Shown here one piece after another: positions 41,476-51,138 of a DNA stretch of 64,000 nucleotides. The position numbers were made by a program, and so were the translations under genes. The stretch lies in IMG/VR virus record IMGVR_UViG_3300011986_000206; one strand, 5' to 3'. Numbering within the stretch: position 1 is the stretch's first letter; the number at the start of each line of letters is the position of its first letter. The notes beneath the pieces were generated by a model. The model was given only the letters and a program-made list of their open reading frames with translations, made no database searches and had not been told where the DNA came from. Source of the DNA: a virus.

Positions 41476-42007
41476 TATTACTTTCCAATTCTAATCTGAT
41501 TCTTTCCATTTCTTTCCATTCAATATTAGGATTAGAATAAATTGAAACATCAAGATTATTTTCTAATCCAATACGGATTTCTTTCATTTGTAAGAAGTCA
41601 AATTTAGTTGTAGCATATAATGAAACATTAATATTATTCATTAAACCTTTACGAATTTCTCTCATTTGTTGCCATGAAAATTCAGGATTACTATAAATAT
41701 TTACATTTAAATTTTTATCTAAACCTAAAACAATTTCAAACATTTTCCAATATGTAAATTCCTGTTTAGCGTAAATACTTACATCATGACCATTCTCTAA
41801 ACCAAGTCGAATCAACTCCATTTGATGAGAACTAAATTCCTGTTTAGCATAAATAGTATAATCAATCTTATTTTTTATACCAAGATAAATTTCATTCAAT
41901 TGTTCTTTATTTTTAAATTCATTATAAATCTCATTGAATTTATTTGCATTCTCTATATTATCAAATTCAAAATCATTTACTTTGTAACAAGTTTTAATTT
42001 TAGGCAT
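41468..42007 (-). CDS. 26-aa helical repeat protein
   Basis: about 5 repeats. Confidence 0.88.
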   Translation of the reverse strand: MPKIKTCYKVNDFEFDNIENANKFNEIYNEFKNKEQLNEIYLGIKNKIDYTIYAKQEFSSHQMELIRLGLENGHDVSIYAKQEFTYWKMFEIVLGLDKNLNVNIYSNPEFSWQQMREIRKGLMNNINVSLYATTKFDFLQMKEIRIGLENNLDVSIYSNPNIEWKEMERIRLELESNNE

Positions 42008-42092
42008 TTTAATTTCTTCCTTTTATATTTTATTTATTTTGTCAAAAATCGAAAATTTTAAAATTTTTATTAAAATCTAAATTTTCCCATTC

Positions 42093-42500
42093 CTAATATG
42101 GTTCATCTAAAGCATCAGAGTAAATTCTTTCTAATCTTTTATCTTCAAAATCATAATATTCTTCAGCATTAAGTTCCTTTAAAGTTTTATGTCTCCCTAA
42201 AGAATCAGTTTCCTCTGAATAAAGAATACTATATTCTTCACCAATCTGTTTTGTCTCTTCTGTTCCAGGTGCTGATAAACAATTAAAACAAACCCATGTT
42301 CTACCTTGTTTTCTGTTATTAAAAGTATAACAGTTATTTTCTTTTTTTATTAAATTATTACAATCTCTACATATTCTATCTTTTTTTATTTTTACAATTT
42401 TACAGTTAGATGAAGACTTATCTATGAAAATTCTATTTGTTTCATAAATATCCCCTAATGCTCTAACTACAATCGTTTGTTTATTCATTAACCTTGCCAT
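42093..42500 (-). CDS. zinc-finger protein, paralog of 35181..35606
   Basis: IKKDRICRDC...WVCFNC. Confidence 0.75.
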   Translation of the reverse strand: MARLMNKQTIVVRALGDIYETNRIFIDKSSSNCKIVKIKKDRICRDCNNLIKKENNCYTFNNRKQGRTWVCFNCLSAPGTEETKQIGEEYSILYSEETDSLGRHKTLKELNAEEYYDFEDKRLERIYSDALDEPY

Positions 42501-43320
42501 TATTGTTACCTAAATATTCTCTATATTTTTTTGCAAAATAATTTCCTTTTATATATTGCTCAATAAAAAGTTCATTCTGAATTTTCTTCATATAACAAGG
42601 CGCAAATTGATGATTTGCATATGAACTTACATCAAGGTCTAAAATTAAACCTTTATATAGTTGTTTCATTTGTTTCCATGTAAATTCAGACTTAGCGTAA
42701 ATTGAAACATCTAATTTGTGTATTAAACCATCTAGAATTACTTCTAGTTGGTATTCATTAAATCTTTCTTTTGCATAATTTGTTAAATCAATTTTATTTT
42801 CTAATCCTTTAATTACAACATTTATAATTTTTGATGAATAATTAGGATTTGCATAAATTAATGGATTCAAATTCTTTTGTAATCCAATAACAATAGAATC
42901 CAATTGCCATAGACTAAAAGTATTAGGCTTATACCAACTTATATCTAATTTATTCTCTAAAATATTTCTTACTATTTTCATCTCTTTCTCATATATTATT
43001 GATTTAGCATAAATACTTACATCAAGTCCTTTTTCTAAACCTAAACGAATCTCTCTCATTTGTTCCCAATTTAAGAATGGATCCAAATAAGAATTAATAT
43101 TTAATCCTTTTTCTAATCCTAATTGAACTTGTTTCATTTGCTCTGCTTTAAAATATTTAAAACTGTAAATAGAAACATCTAATCTTTTTTTAATTCCTGA
43201 TGCAATTATTTTTTTTTGTTTATTATTAAATTTATTTCTAGTTATAATATTTTCAAATAATTCAGCTTGTTCTAAAGTAGAAAAATTAAAATTATTAACA
43301 GCGTAATTTTGTTTTATCAT
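42481..43320 (-). CDS. 26-aa helical repeat protein
   Basis: about 8 repeats, some degenerate. Confidence 0.88.
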   Translation of the reverse strand: MIKQNYAVNNFNFSTLEQAELFENIITRNKFNNKQKKIIASGIKKRLDVSIYSFKYFKAEQMKQVQLGLEKGLNINSYLDPFLNWEQMREIRLGLEKGLDVSIYAKSIIYEKEMKIVRNILENKLDISWYKPNTFSLWQLDSIVIGLQKNLNPLIYANPNYSSKIINVVIKGLENKIDLTNYAKERFNEYQLEVILDGLIHKLDVSIYAKSEFTWKQMKQLYKGLILDLDVSSYANHQFAPCYMKKIQNELFIEQYIKGNYFAKKYREYLGNNNGKVNE

Positions 43321-43374
43321 GAATATCCTTAATTTATTATTTCTTTTAATTACTTACTTATACTTATTATTCAA

Positions 43375-43683
43375 TCAAACAACTTTGTAAATTATATATA
43401 AATCATCTCTTAAATTATGTTCCTTCTGACATTCTTCACAATATATACAATTAGGAAGATTAATATAATTTATATTCTCAAACTTAGTCCTAAATTTTGA
43501 ACATGAACATCTAAACTCATAAACTCTTTCTAAAGAACCTTTGTTCATTAATAAATTTAATATTACAAATAATTTATCTAAACTAATATTTAATTCTTCA
43601 GATAAACTTTTGGGATAAATAATCTTTTTTGATGTTATATATTTTTTAATCATCAAATCATCTTTATTAAAATTTCTTTTCAA
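43375..43683 (-). CDS. putative wHTH plus Zn-ribbon DNA-binding protein
   Basis: helix-turn-helix-like N-half, CxC...CxxC; TTG start after AGGGGG RBS (start uncertain). Confidence 0.55.
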   Translation of the reverse strand: MKRNFNKDDLMIKKYITSKKIIYPKSLSEELNISLDKLFVILNLLMNKGSLERVYEFRCSCSKFRTKFENINYINLPNCIYCEECQKEHNLRDDLYIIYKVV

Positions 43684-44005
43684 AATTAGAATACCCCCTG
43701 TACGATTTAAATTATCATCTGTTATTATATATAAATAATAACAGAAAGTCAATTTAAATAAATCTAGCAATAAATAGTTTTTATTCTTTTATTTTAAATA
43801 TATTGTAATAAAATAAAACCTTAATATTTATACAGTATTTGAAACATTCTGAATTTTCAAAAAAAAAAAAAATAAACCAACCCTAAGCCTGGAGGAATTA
43901 CCAATCCAATAATTAATCATCTCTCTTCATTAACTTTTTATTTCTTTTTGATTATTCTTATTATCTTTTTTTTTAGTGTTCTTTTATATTTCTAATTCTA
44001 ACCTA

Positions 44006-44868
44006 GGCTCGCCACTCCGTGGCTCGCCCTACTCCTTTCTCTCATTGGCTTATTTCCTATAATATAGTTCAGATAGATAACTTTATTTACTTAGTGGATT
44101 TCTATCCCTAGATTTTATTCTCATTATATAGTTTATATCTTACCTGGATTAATCTCTTATTATAGTCATTCTATAATAATTCATTTTCAGAATTATCACT
44201 CTAATATAATAGAATTATATTGAGTATAGTTTATACGTTTTATATTATGTCGTAATTCATCATGACTTACTGTAACGTTTATCTTGAATTTCATTCAGTC
44301 AGATTTCATTCTCTCACTTCAGAGGTCGCTCGCTAACGCTCGCTCGTGGCTTATCGAAATATGCTGTCGCTATTTCTCATGCCACTTCTCCACCTTCCGT
44401 GTCGAACCTCTATCGCTCTTTCATTTCATCTTCCTTCATTTATCCACTGTAACACTACACTTATTCTTATGAATTACTTCTACTTCAACGCTACACTCTA
44501 TCTCTATTATATTAGGTGTAACACTACACTTGAATTTATTCTGAATGACTAATATAAGGATTGAGGTTGGATATAACTAGGAATGGAATACATATAGAGA
44601 CAGAGGGACCTACGGGAATAAGTTCCTATAGGAACTTATTCGGAACTAATAAACTCTGACAGAAGGATTAGGATATGACGGAGGAATAGGCTAACAGAGT
44701 TTATTAGTTAGCAGGTTAGCTAACCTGCCCGTAGGAGGGATAAATATCACATACGGTTTTACCGTCATGGTCAGACGGATAGCGGTAGCTATTGAAGATG
44801 GAAAGTAATTAGGAGATTTATCGACTTTTTACTTGTAATCTTCTAGGCGAACCACGAAGTGGTGAGCC
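44006..44868. other. candidate origin of replication/transfer
   Basis: non-coding, GC-enriched, bounded by 23-bp inverted repeats, iteron-like repeats and perfect palindromes, next to Replic_Relax-like gene. Confidence 0.6.
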
Positions 44869-45153
44869 ATGTCTGGACAATGGGATATTTAGACCTGCTA
44901 AAATGGAGCTGAAAGAACTTTGTTCGCTTGATATTATTTCCAGCAATAACGATATTATAAAATAACAAATAATTTAAAAGAATTTATAAATAAACAAAAA
45001 ACAGAATATATATTCTGTTTTTTAGAAGTAAATAAACAATAATATACAAAAAATAAAAAATGAAATTTTAAACATGTAATATTGAGTTTTTTACATATTA
45101 TATATGATTATAAAGTAAATAAAAAATTGCGAACAATAATGAAAGGTAATATA

Positions 45154-47061
45154 ATGGAAGATAGAATCATTTGGGCATGGGAAGAAGATGATGAAATTGA
45201 CTTAAAAGAACAAAAGCAAACACTGCCTACACTTAAAACATTAGAAGAAAATACTAATTCTTCTAATAACAATGAAAAATCCTTATCTGAATCTAAACAA
45301 GATAATAAAAGAGATACTTTCTTTGATTGGGATATGGAAGATGATAATGAAGAATTTTATTCACTTAATAAACAAGATAATATTCCCTGGAAAGATATAA
45401 TTCCAAGTGATTATGGAAATAAAAAAATATTAAAAAATATAGAAAAAGAAGAAAATAAAACAACAAAAAGAAAATCAACTCTTACAGAGGAACAAAGATT
45501 TGGACATAAGGGAATTCCCCTAAATGGAGAAGAAGTTGGAGTATTTCATTATAATAAACAATCAAATAGTGGAATACAATCTATGGAAAATAATTTACAT
45601 TCTTTATTAGATATAGACTTATCAGAAGAAACACAAGAAGAAGTAAATCATATAATAGACAAAAAAGTAGAAGCTTTAGGTCAATATACTGTTTTAAATG
45701 ACAAAAGTAGATTAGTAGAATTTGAAGATGGGACTACTGTTGCTGATATAATAAAAAAGAAACGCAGAAAAAAAACAGACCCTATAAAAGAAGTAAAGAA
45801 ACAAAAATTACAAGAAAAATATGATAATCCTGATTATGCAAAATCATTTAAACGCTATCAGGAAGAAGTACAAAAAAAGATAAGAAATTATAGTAGAGTT
45901 CATAAAAAAGAAGCTAATAAGAGTAAAGGAAGTTATATAGATAGATTAAAAAGCGGAAATTCTTATAAAAATCTATTGAAAACATTAAATGTAAAACAAG
46001 AAGAACTTTCAGAATTACTTTCAGAAAATAATAAATTATTAAGTAAAAAAGAAAAAGAAAGATTGCTTACAATGGGTATAAATACTCCTATTTATACCGC
46101 TCCAGTATTAAATAAAAATGGAAATAAAGTAAGAGGTCTTAAACGTCCTACATTAACATTTGGAGACTATATGTTAATGGATTTCTTATATAGGTTTAGT
46201 CATAGTGGATTAAATACAATTTCTTTAGCATTAGGGAGAGATTTAAATAAAGTAGCAAATCAATTAAATAAACTAATGAAGATGGCATGTATAAAAGAAC
46301 AACAATTATTAGGAACAAAATATGTATATTATTTATCCAGTGCTGGTTATACAATGCTAACAGGAGAACCTGTTAAATATGGTGTAGATAAGATAAAAGA
46401 AGGAACAATATCAAATAAAGCAATAACAAATTATGTAGGTGCTTTATTATATTCCAATAGAGTCAATGTATTAGATTTAGATGATTATCCTAATAAACAT
46501 AGATACTTTAGAGGAAAGTATTATAATGGAGAAACAATTATACCAGAGAGATTTTATAAAAGTTCATTAAGTTCAATGGCTAATAAATTTGAAACAGGAT
46601 ATAAAGCTGGAGCAAAAAGAAATGAGATAGGTAGAAATCGTTTTAATAAATTATGGTTAGAATGGGAAGCTAATGGAAAGCAAGGACCTAGTCCTGAAGA
46701 ATTAGTAGGAAATGAATTTATGTATATTCTATATCCCACTGGTATATTAAATCAAGGAACAGTAATACCAGATTTAGTAGTAAAAAGAGATAGGAAAGAT
46801 GATGGTAAGCCTCAAAATATAGCTGTTGAGATTGAAAGAGAAAATAGGAAAAAAGAATATTATGTAAATAGATTAAGAGTATATCAACAAGATAAAAAGA
46901 TTTATAAAGAAGTTGTATATATTGTAAATGAAAAATCCGTAGCAAAAAAATTGATAGAAGCAAGAGATTTAATAGGTTTTGATAGACTAAGGATAGTCGC
47001 ATTAAGAGATTTAAAAGGTAAACCTATGCCAAAAATAAAGGATGTTTGGAGATTAATATAA
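45154..47061 (+). CDS. Replication-relaxation (Replic_Relax)-like protein, wHTH plus PD-(D/E)xK
   Basis: YYLSSAG wing, IPDLVV...AVEIER...Y; ATG 45154 follows GAAAGG. Confidence 0.65.
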   Translation: MEDRIIWAWEEDDEIDLKEQKQTLPTLKTLEENTNSSNNNEKSLSESKQDNKRDTFFDWDMEDDNEEFYSLNKQDNIPWKDIIPSDYGNKKILKNIEKEENKTTKRKSTLTEEQRFGHKGIPLNGEEVGVFHYNKQSNSGIQSMENNLHSLLDIDLSEETQEEVNHIIDKKVEALGQYTVLNDKSRLVEFEDGTTVADIIKKKRRKKTDPIKEVKKQKLQEKYDNPDYAKSFKRYQEEVQKKIRNYSRVHKKEANKSKGSYIDRLKSGNSYKNLLKTLNVKQEELSELLSENNKLLSKKEKERLLTMGINTPIYTAPVLNKNGNKVRGLKRPTLTFGDYMLMDFLYRFSHSGLNTISLALGRDLNKVANQLNKLMKMACIKEQQLLGTKYVYYLSSAGYTMLTGEPVKYGVDKIKEGTISNKAITNYVGALLYSNRVNVLDLDDYPNKHRYFRGKYYNGETIIPERFYKSSLSSMANKFETGYKAGAKRNEIGRNRFNKLWLEWEANGKQGPSPEELVGNEFMYILYPTGILNQGTVIPDLVVKRDRKDDGKPQNIAVEIERENRKKEYYVNRLRVYQQDKKIYKEVVYIVNEKSVAKKLIEARDLIGFDRLRIVALRDLKGKPMPKIKDVWRLI

Positions 47062-47064
47062 TAA

Positions 47065-48909
47065 ATGGATTATAGTAAAAAGTTACCAGATATATCAGAT
47101 TTAAATTTTGATTATACAAGAAAATCAGTAGAAGAAAGTTTTGAACCATGCCCATCAAATGGTGATACTTATGTAAATGATTGGATTATGACAGGATGGA
47201 CAGGCTTAATAAATATAGATTTAGTTTTATCAAAAGCAATTGAAAAGAAGGCTTCAGATATACATATAGCGGCAAATCAACAGATTGCTTTCACTATATT
47301 AGGCGATATAGTAAAACAAAGTGAATTTGCTGTTCCTGATAGAGAAACTATGGAAGATATAATGCACGGAGTTTTAACAAATGAAGCACAAGCATTATAT
47401 GTAGTAGAAAGAGAATATGATACTTCATATGAGATAAGATTTGGAGACTATAAAACAAGAAGATTTCGTGTTTCGATAGGTAAGTCATTTGATGCAGATT
47501 TCTTAGTTTTTAGAACTATTTCAGATGAAATTCCTAGTAAAGAAAGTTTGAATATAGAACCAGAAGTAGAAAGTTGGTTTAAAAATTCTTCAGGAGCAGT
47601 ATTAGTTTGTGGTCCTACAGGAAGTGGTAAAGCACTACATAAAGATACAGTTGTACCTTCTCCCAATGGAACAAAGAAAGTAAAAGATGTAAGAATAGGA
47701 GATTTATTATTAGATAAAGATGGAGAGACAACTCAAGTAGTTGCTATTCATAAAGCTGAGTCTTTTGATAAATTTTACAAAATCTCATTTAATAATGGAG
47801 AAGAAATTTTATCTACCGGTAGACATGATTGGTATATATACAATAATAAGGGATTACTTGTAAAGGTTGATACCACATGGATGTATAATAATCAGGAACG
47901 ATTAAATTTGATTATTCCTAGAAAATTCACAGCAATTGAATATTTAAATAATTATCATAAAGATTTAAGAAAAACAGAATTTGAGAATTTAATCTATAAA
48001 CAAATAGATAAAATTTGTAAATTTAATAATTCTGAAGATTGTTTTAGAGCAAGTATTTTAGGTTCATCACTTGGTTATATGATAAAAAAATTAAATGATA
48101 AAGAATTGTATGTAGATAAAAATAGTAAGAACAGAGGATTTACAATTGATTCAATAGAAGAAATTGAAGATGATTTCAATGATTATTTTTGTTTTGAAGT
48201 TTCAGGAGATAGTAAAACTTATATGGTAGGTGAAACATTTATTCCTACTCATAATTCAACTACAATGGCAAGTATATTAAGAGATATACAGATACATCAA
48301 AGCAAAAAAATAATTACAATAGAAAAGCCAATTGAAGCTATTTATCCTAGTGATGGTAAATCAATGATAATACAAAGGTCTGTCCCAGAAGATTGTTTAA
48401 CATTTGGGAATGGTTTAACTGGGGCAATGAGACAAAATCCTGATTATATATTAATAGGAGAAGTTAGAAATCATGTTGAAGTTTCAGAGTTCTTGAGAGC
48501 GGCTGAAACTGGACACTTAGCAATGAGTACAATTCATACGGTTAATAATGTTACAACTTTAAATAGGATTCGTTCCTTATTTCAAGGAGAAGAACAAAAA
48601 AGAATTTTAGCTACATTAGGAGATGTATTAAGAGGAATAGTTAATCAAGCATTAGTAAAGACAAAAGATGGTAAAAGTCGATTTGCAGTAAGAGAAATAC
48701 TAACAATAGACTATAAGATTAGAAAATTAATAGCTAATGATAAGTTTGATGAAATTCGTAAATATCAAGAAGATAATAGATTAACTATGGAACACAAATT
48801 ATGTGAAGCTTTTATTGAGGGAAAATGTTATTTAGATGAAGCTAGAAGTAAAGCTCCTGACCAAATTTATTTTGATTATTTACTGAAAAATGTTTATTTA
48901 TATGAATGA
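47065..48909 (+). CDS. PilT/VirB11-superfamily secretion ATPase, intein-containing
   Basis: ASDIHI, GPTGSGK|STT, TIEKPIE, RQNPDYILIGEVR, AAETGHLAMSTIH. Confidence 0.9.
   Translation: MDYSKKLPDISDLNFDYTRKSVEESFEPCPSNGDTYVNDWIMTGWTGLINIDLVLSKAIEKKASDIHIAANQQIAFTILGDIVKQSEFAVPDRETMEDIMHGVLTNEAQALYVVEREYDTSYEIRFGDYKTRRFRVSIGKSFDADFLVFRTISDEIPSKESLNIEPEVESWFKNSSGAVLVCGPTGSGKALHKDTVVPSPNGTKKVKDVRIGDLLLDKDGETTQVVAIHKAESFDKFYKISFNNGEEILSTGRHDWYIYNNKGLLVKVDTTWMYNNQERLNLIIPRKFTAIEYLNNYHKDLRKTEFENLIYKQIDKICKFNNSEDCFRASILGSSLGYMIKKLNDKELYVDKNSKNRGFTIDSIEEIEDDFNDYFCFEVSGDSKTYMVGETFIPTHNSTTMASILRDIQIHQSKKIITIEKPIEAIYPSDGKSMIIQRSVPEDCLTFGNGLTGAMRQNPDYILIGEVRNHVEVSEFLRAAETGHLAMSTIHTVNNVTTLNRIRSLFQGEEQKRILATLGDVLRGIVNQALVKTKDGKSRFAVREILTIDYKIRKLIANDKFDEIRKYQEDNRLTMEHKLCEAFIEGKCYLDEARSKAPDQIYFDYLLKNVYLYE
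47632..48255 (+). mobile_element. 208-aa intein with class 3 signature in Walker A
   Basis: starts ALHKDT, block B TGRHDW, block F YFCFEV, ends PTHN/S. Confidence 0.9.
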
Positions 48910-49009
48910 GATTAAATTATCTCATTCATTTTATTTTTTCTTTTATTTATGATATAATTATTATGATACATAACCATTAACTAAAAATTAAGGAGATTAA
49001 TTTATTATT

Positions 49010-49660
49010 ATGTCTTATTATTATAATAAAAAATCAAAAGAATTTGTGGAATTAAATAAAAATAATTATTTAATAATTAAAGATAATAAGTTTTATCAAA
49101 CTTATTCATATAATTATAATAATTATGGATTATATAAAGAAGATGAATTAGAAAAAGCCTCTAAATCGGAAGAGGAATTGTTGAAAAATTTAAATCTTAC
49201 AGTTAAAAAAGAAGATAAAAATAGTTATTCATTTAGAGAGAGGGGACCTAAACATGGTTATTGTGCTTATCAATTTAGACCATTCTCATTTGAAGTTACT
49301 ATAACTAACTATAAAATTTTAGAAATTAAAATGTTTGTTAAGGATAAATATGTTGGGACTTGTAATAAAACAATTGCTGAATTTGAAAATCTTTATTACA
49401 TATTTAATGATTTAGAAGTTCTGTATAGTTATTTTTATTATAAAAATTATAAACCTTATCAAATTAATTTTATTGAAAGGGTTGATATAGATATACCAGT
49501 TCATGATATAAATAAAGAATACTGTATTGCAAAATATAGTAATGACGATTTTGATAATTATTGTTCTGAATGGAATTATAATAAAGAATTTCCAATGAAA
49601 ATCAGAAATTATAAAAAATGTAATTATTGTGGAAGAGAAGTTGAAGTAATTCCATTTTAA
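49010..49660 (+). CDS. hypothetical protein with C-terminal CxxC
   Basis: 216-aa ORF, AAGGAG RBS. Confidence 0.7.
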   Translation: MSYYYNKKSKEFVELNKNNYLIIKDNKFYQTYSYNYNNYGLYKEDELEKASKSEEELLKNLNLTVKKEDKNSYSFRERGPKHGYCAYQFRPFSFEVTITNYKILEIKMFVKDKYVGTCNKTIAEFENLYYIFNDLEVLYSYFYYKNYKPYQINFIERVDIDIPVHDINKEYCIAKYSNDDFDNYCSEWNYNKEFPMKIRNYKKCNYCGREVEVIPF

Positions 49661-49806
49661 AATTAGAGAGAATCAAATTTTCTTGTCTATAAACAATATT
49701 TTTGAACAATACTTCAATTTTTATAAATATTCATAATTATCATTATTTTTCTGTTAAATAACTGTATATACTCATGAGCAAATTAATTTAGGAGAGGACA
49801 GAAATA

Positions 49807-50673
49807 TTGAAAAAAGTAATCTTTTTAACAGGTTTTAATAAAAATAAACTACTAAATATTTATTCAAAAGAAAGAGATATAAAATCAAAAATTCTTGATT
49901 TTTCACATATTCAAAATACTGGTTTTATATTTAAAGAGATTAAATTTTCACTAGAAAATTATGATAAACTATTTGTTATAATTTCTTTTAATAAAAGAAA
50001 TACAAGAAGAGATTTATATAATAATATAAAATCTTTAGATAAATCAATATTTGTTTTTACATATATCAGTCATTCTCCCTTTAAAATTCTTTCTAAAACG
50101 GATAAAAAATTAACAAAAGAAAAATATATTAATTTTGAAGTTCCTAGGAAAAACGTTGATACAGATGATTTTAAATTAATAACATATTTAAGAGATAAAG
50201 ATAGAAATTTTATTATAAATGAATATATAAAAGAAATTAAATTTAAGATTACAGAATCTCATAATAATCCTTTTCATATTGAATCAATATTAGAACATAT
50301 TCTTTTAACTTATAAAAATTCTAACAATAAAATTATGAGAGAAATTTCATTGTTTCATGATTATGGAAAATCAATGGCTCGTAGAAGTTTTAAACCTAAT
50401 GAAAAAACTCTTGATTTCTATTATAATAATCATCAGAAATTTGAAAGATATACTAATCATGAGAAATTATCTTCAGTTTATTATTTAATTTTTAATGAAG
50501 AGAAATATGATGAAGATGTTTTAGAAGTTATATTTCAACATAGTGACTATAGTAAAGGAATTTTTAATAAAAAGAGAATTAATAACAATAAATTAACTAG
50601 TTATATATTAGAATTATTAGAAGAGTTTAGAAAAATAGATAATGATAGTAAAATTTTTTGGAAAGAAAAATAA
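49807..50673 (+). CDS. HD-domain phosphohydrolase with degenerate kinase-like N-terminus
   Basis: HxESILEH...LFHDYGK...HE...H...D. Confidence 0.7.
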   Translation: MKKVIFLTGFNKNKLLNIYSKERDIKSKILDFSHIQNTGFIFKEIKFSLENYDKLFVIISFNKRNTRRDLYNNIKSLDKSIFVFTYISHSPFKILSKTDKKLTKEKYINFEVPRKNVDTDDFKLITYLRDKDRNFIINEYIKEIKFKITESHNNPFHIESILEHILLTYKNSNNKIMREISLFHDYGKSMARRSFKPNEKTLDFYYNNHQKFERYTNHEKLSSVYYLIFNEEKYDEDVLEVIFQHSDYSKGIFNKKRINNNKLTSYILELLEEFRKIDNDSKIFWKEK

Positions 50674-50693
50674 ATAGAGATATTGAAATATCT

Positions 50694-51032
50694 CTATTTA
50701 AATTTATTAATAATAATGGATAAATTTTCAGGATTTTTAGCAATATCATATATTAATGGATTTGATGAATATTGAATTAAAATGTTTGCAATTTGTTCCA
50801 TTTCATCTTTTTTATCAAATTCCAAAATATAATATTCAGGTAAATCAGATTTATTAATTTGAGGTAATGAAAATTGCTTTAAAAGATTGTTAAATTTTGA
50901 GAAATCATTTCTTAATGATAACAAATTGTCTAAGTAATTTATGATAAAATTTAGTTCTCCATATTTTATTAAAGTTCCTTTTCTTGTTTTCTCTATTGTT
51001 TCTATTAATAGTCCATATTTCATATTTATCAC
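50694..51032 (-). CDS. hypothetical protein
   Basis: AAGGAG RBS; convergent terminator. Confidence 0.65.
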   Translation of the reverse strand: MINMKYGLLIETIEKTRKGTLIKYGELNFIINYLDNLLSLRNDFSKFNNLLKQFSLPQINKSDLPEYYILEFDKKDEMEQIANILIQYSSNPLIYDIAKNPENLSIIINKFK

Positions 51033-51138
51033 TACTCCTTATTTATATAATATAATTATATAATTAATTTACCTTAAAATCAATATTTAAAAATAGTTAA
51101 ATTTATGATATAATTGTAAAAGAGAAAGGGTTTAAATT

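Noticed and set aside
2626..43320. Diversity-generating retroelement as the source of repeat variability
   Set aside because: No reverse transcriptase and no template/variable repeat pair with adenine-specific mismatches seen in this window.
44448..44531. Three short repeats spaced 33-36 nt as a mini CRISPR or guide array
   Set aside because: Repeats are only 11-15 nt, three copies, non-palindromic, with no adjacent effector; better read as iteron-like sites.
44284..44552. Two short ORFs in the candidate origin
   Set aside because: Atypical composition, no RBS, and they overlap the repeats and hairpins.
44620..44637. Resemblance of AAGTTCCTATAGGAACTT to FRT arms (vector contamination)
   Set aside because: No 8-bp spacer or complete FRT and no other vector sequence; treated as coincidence.
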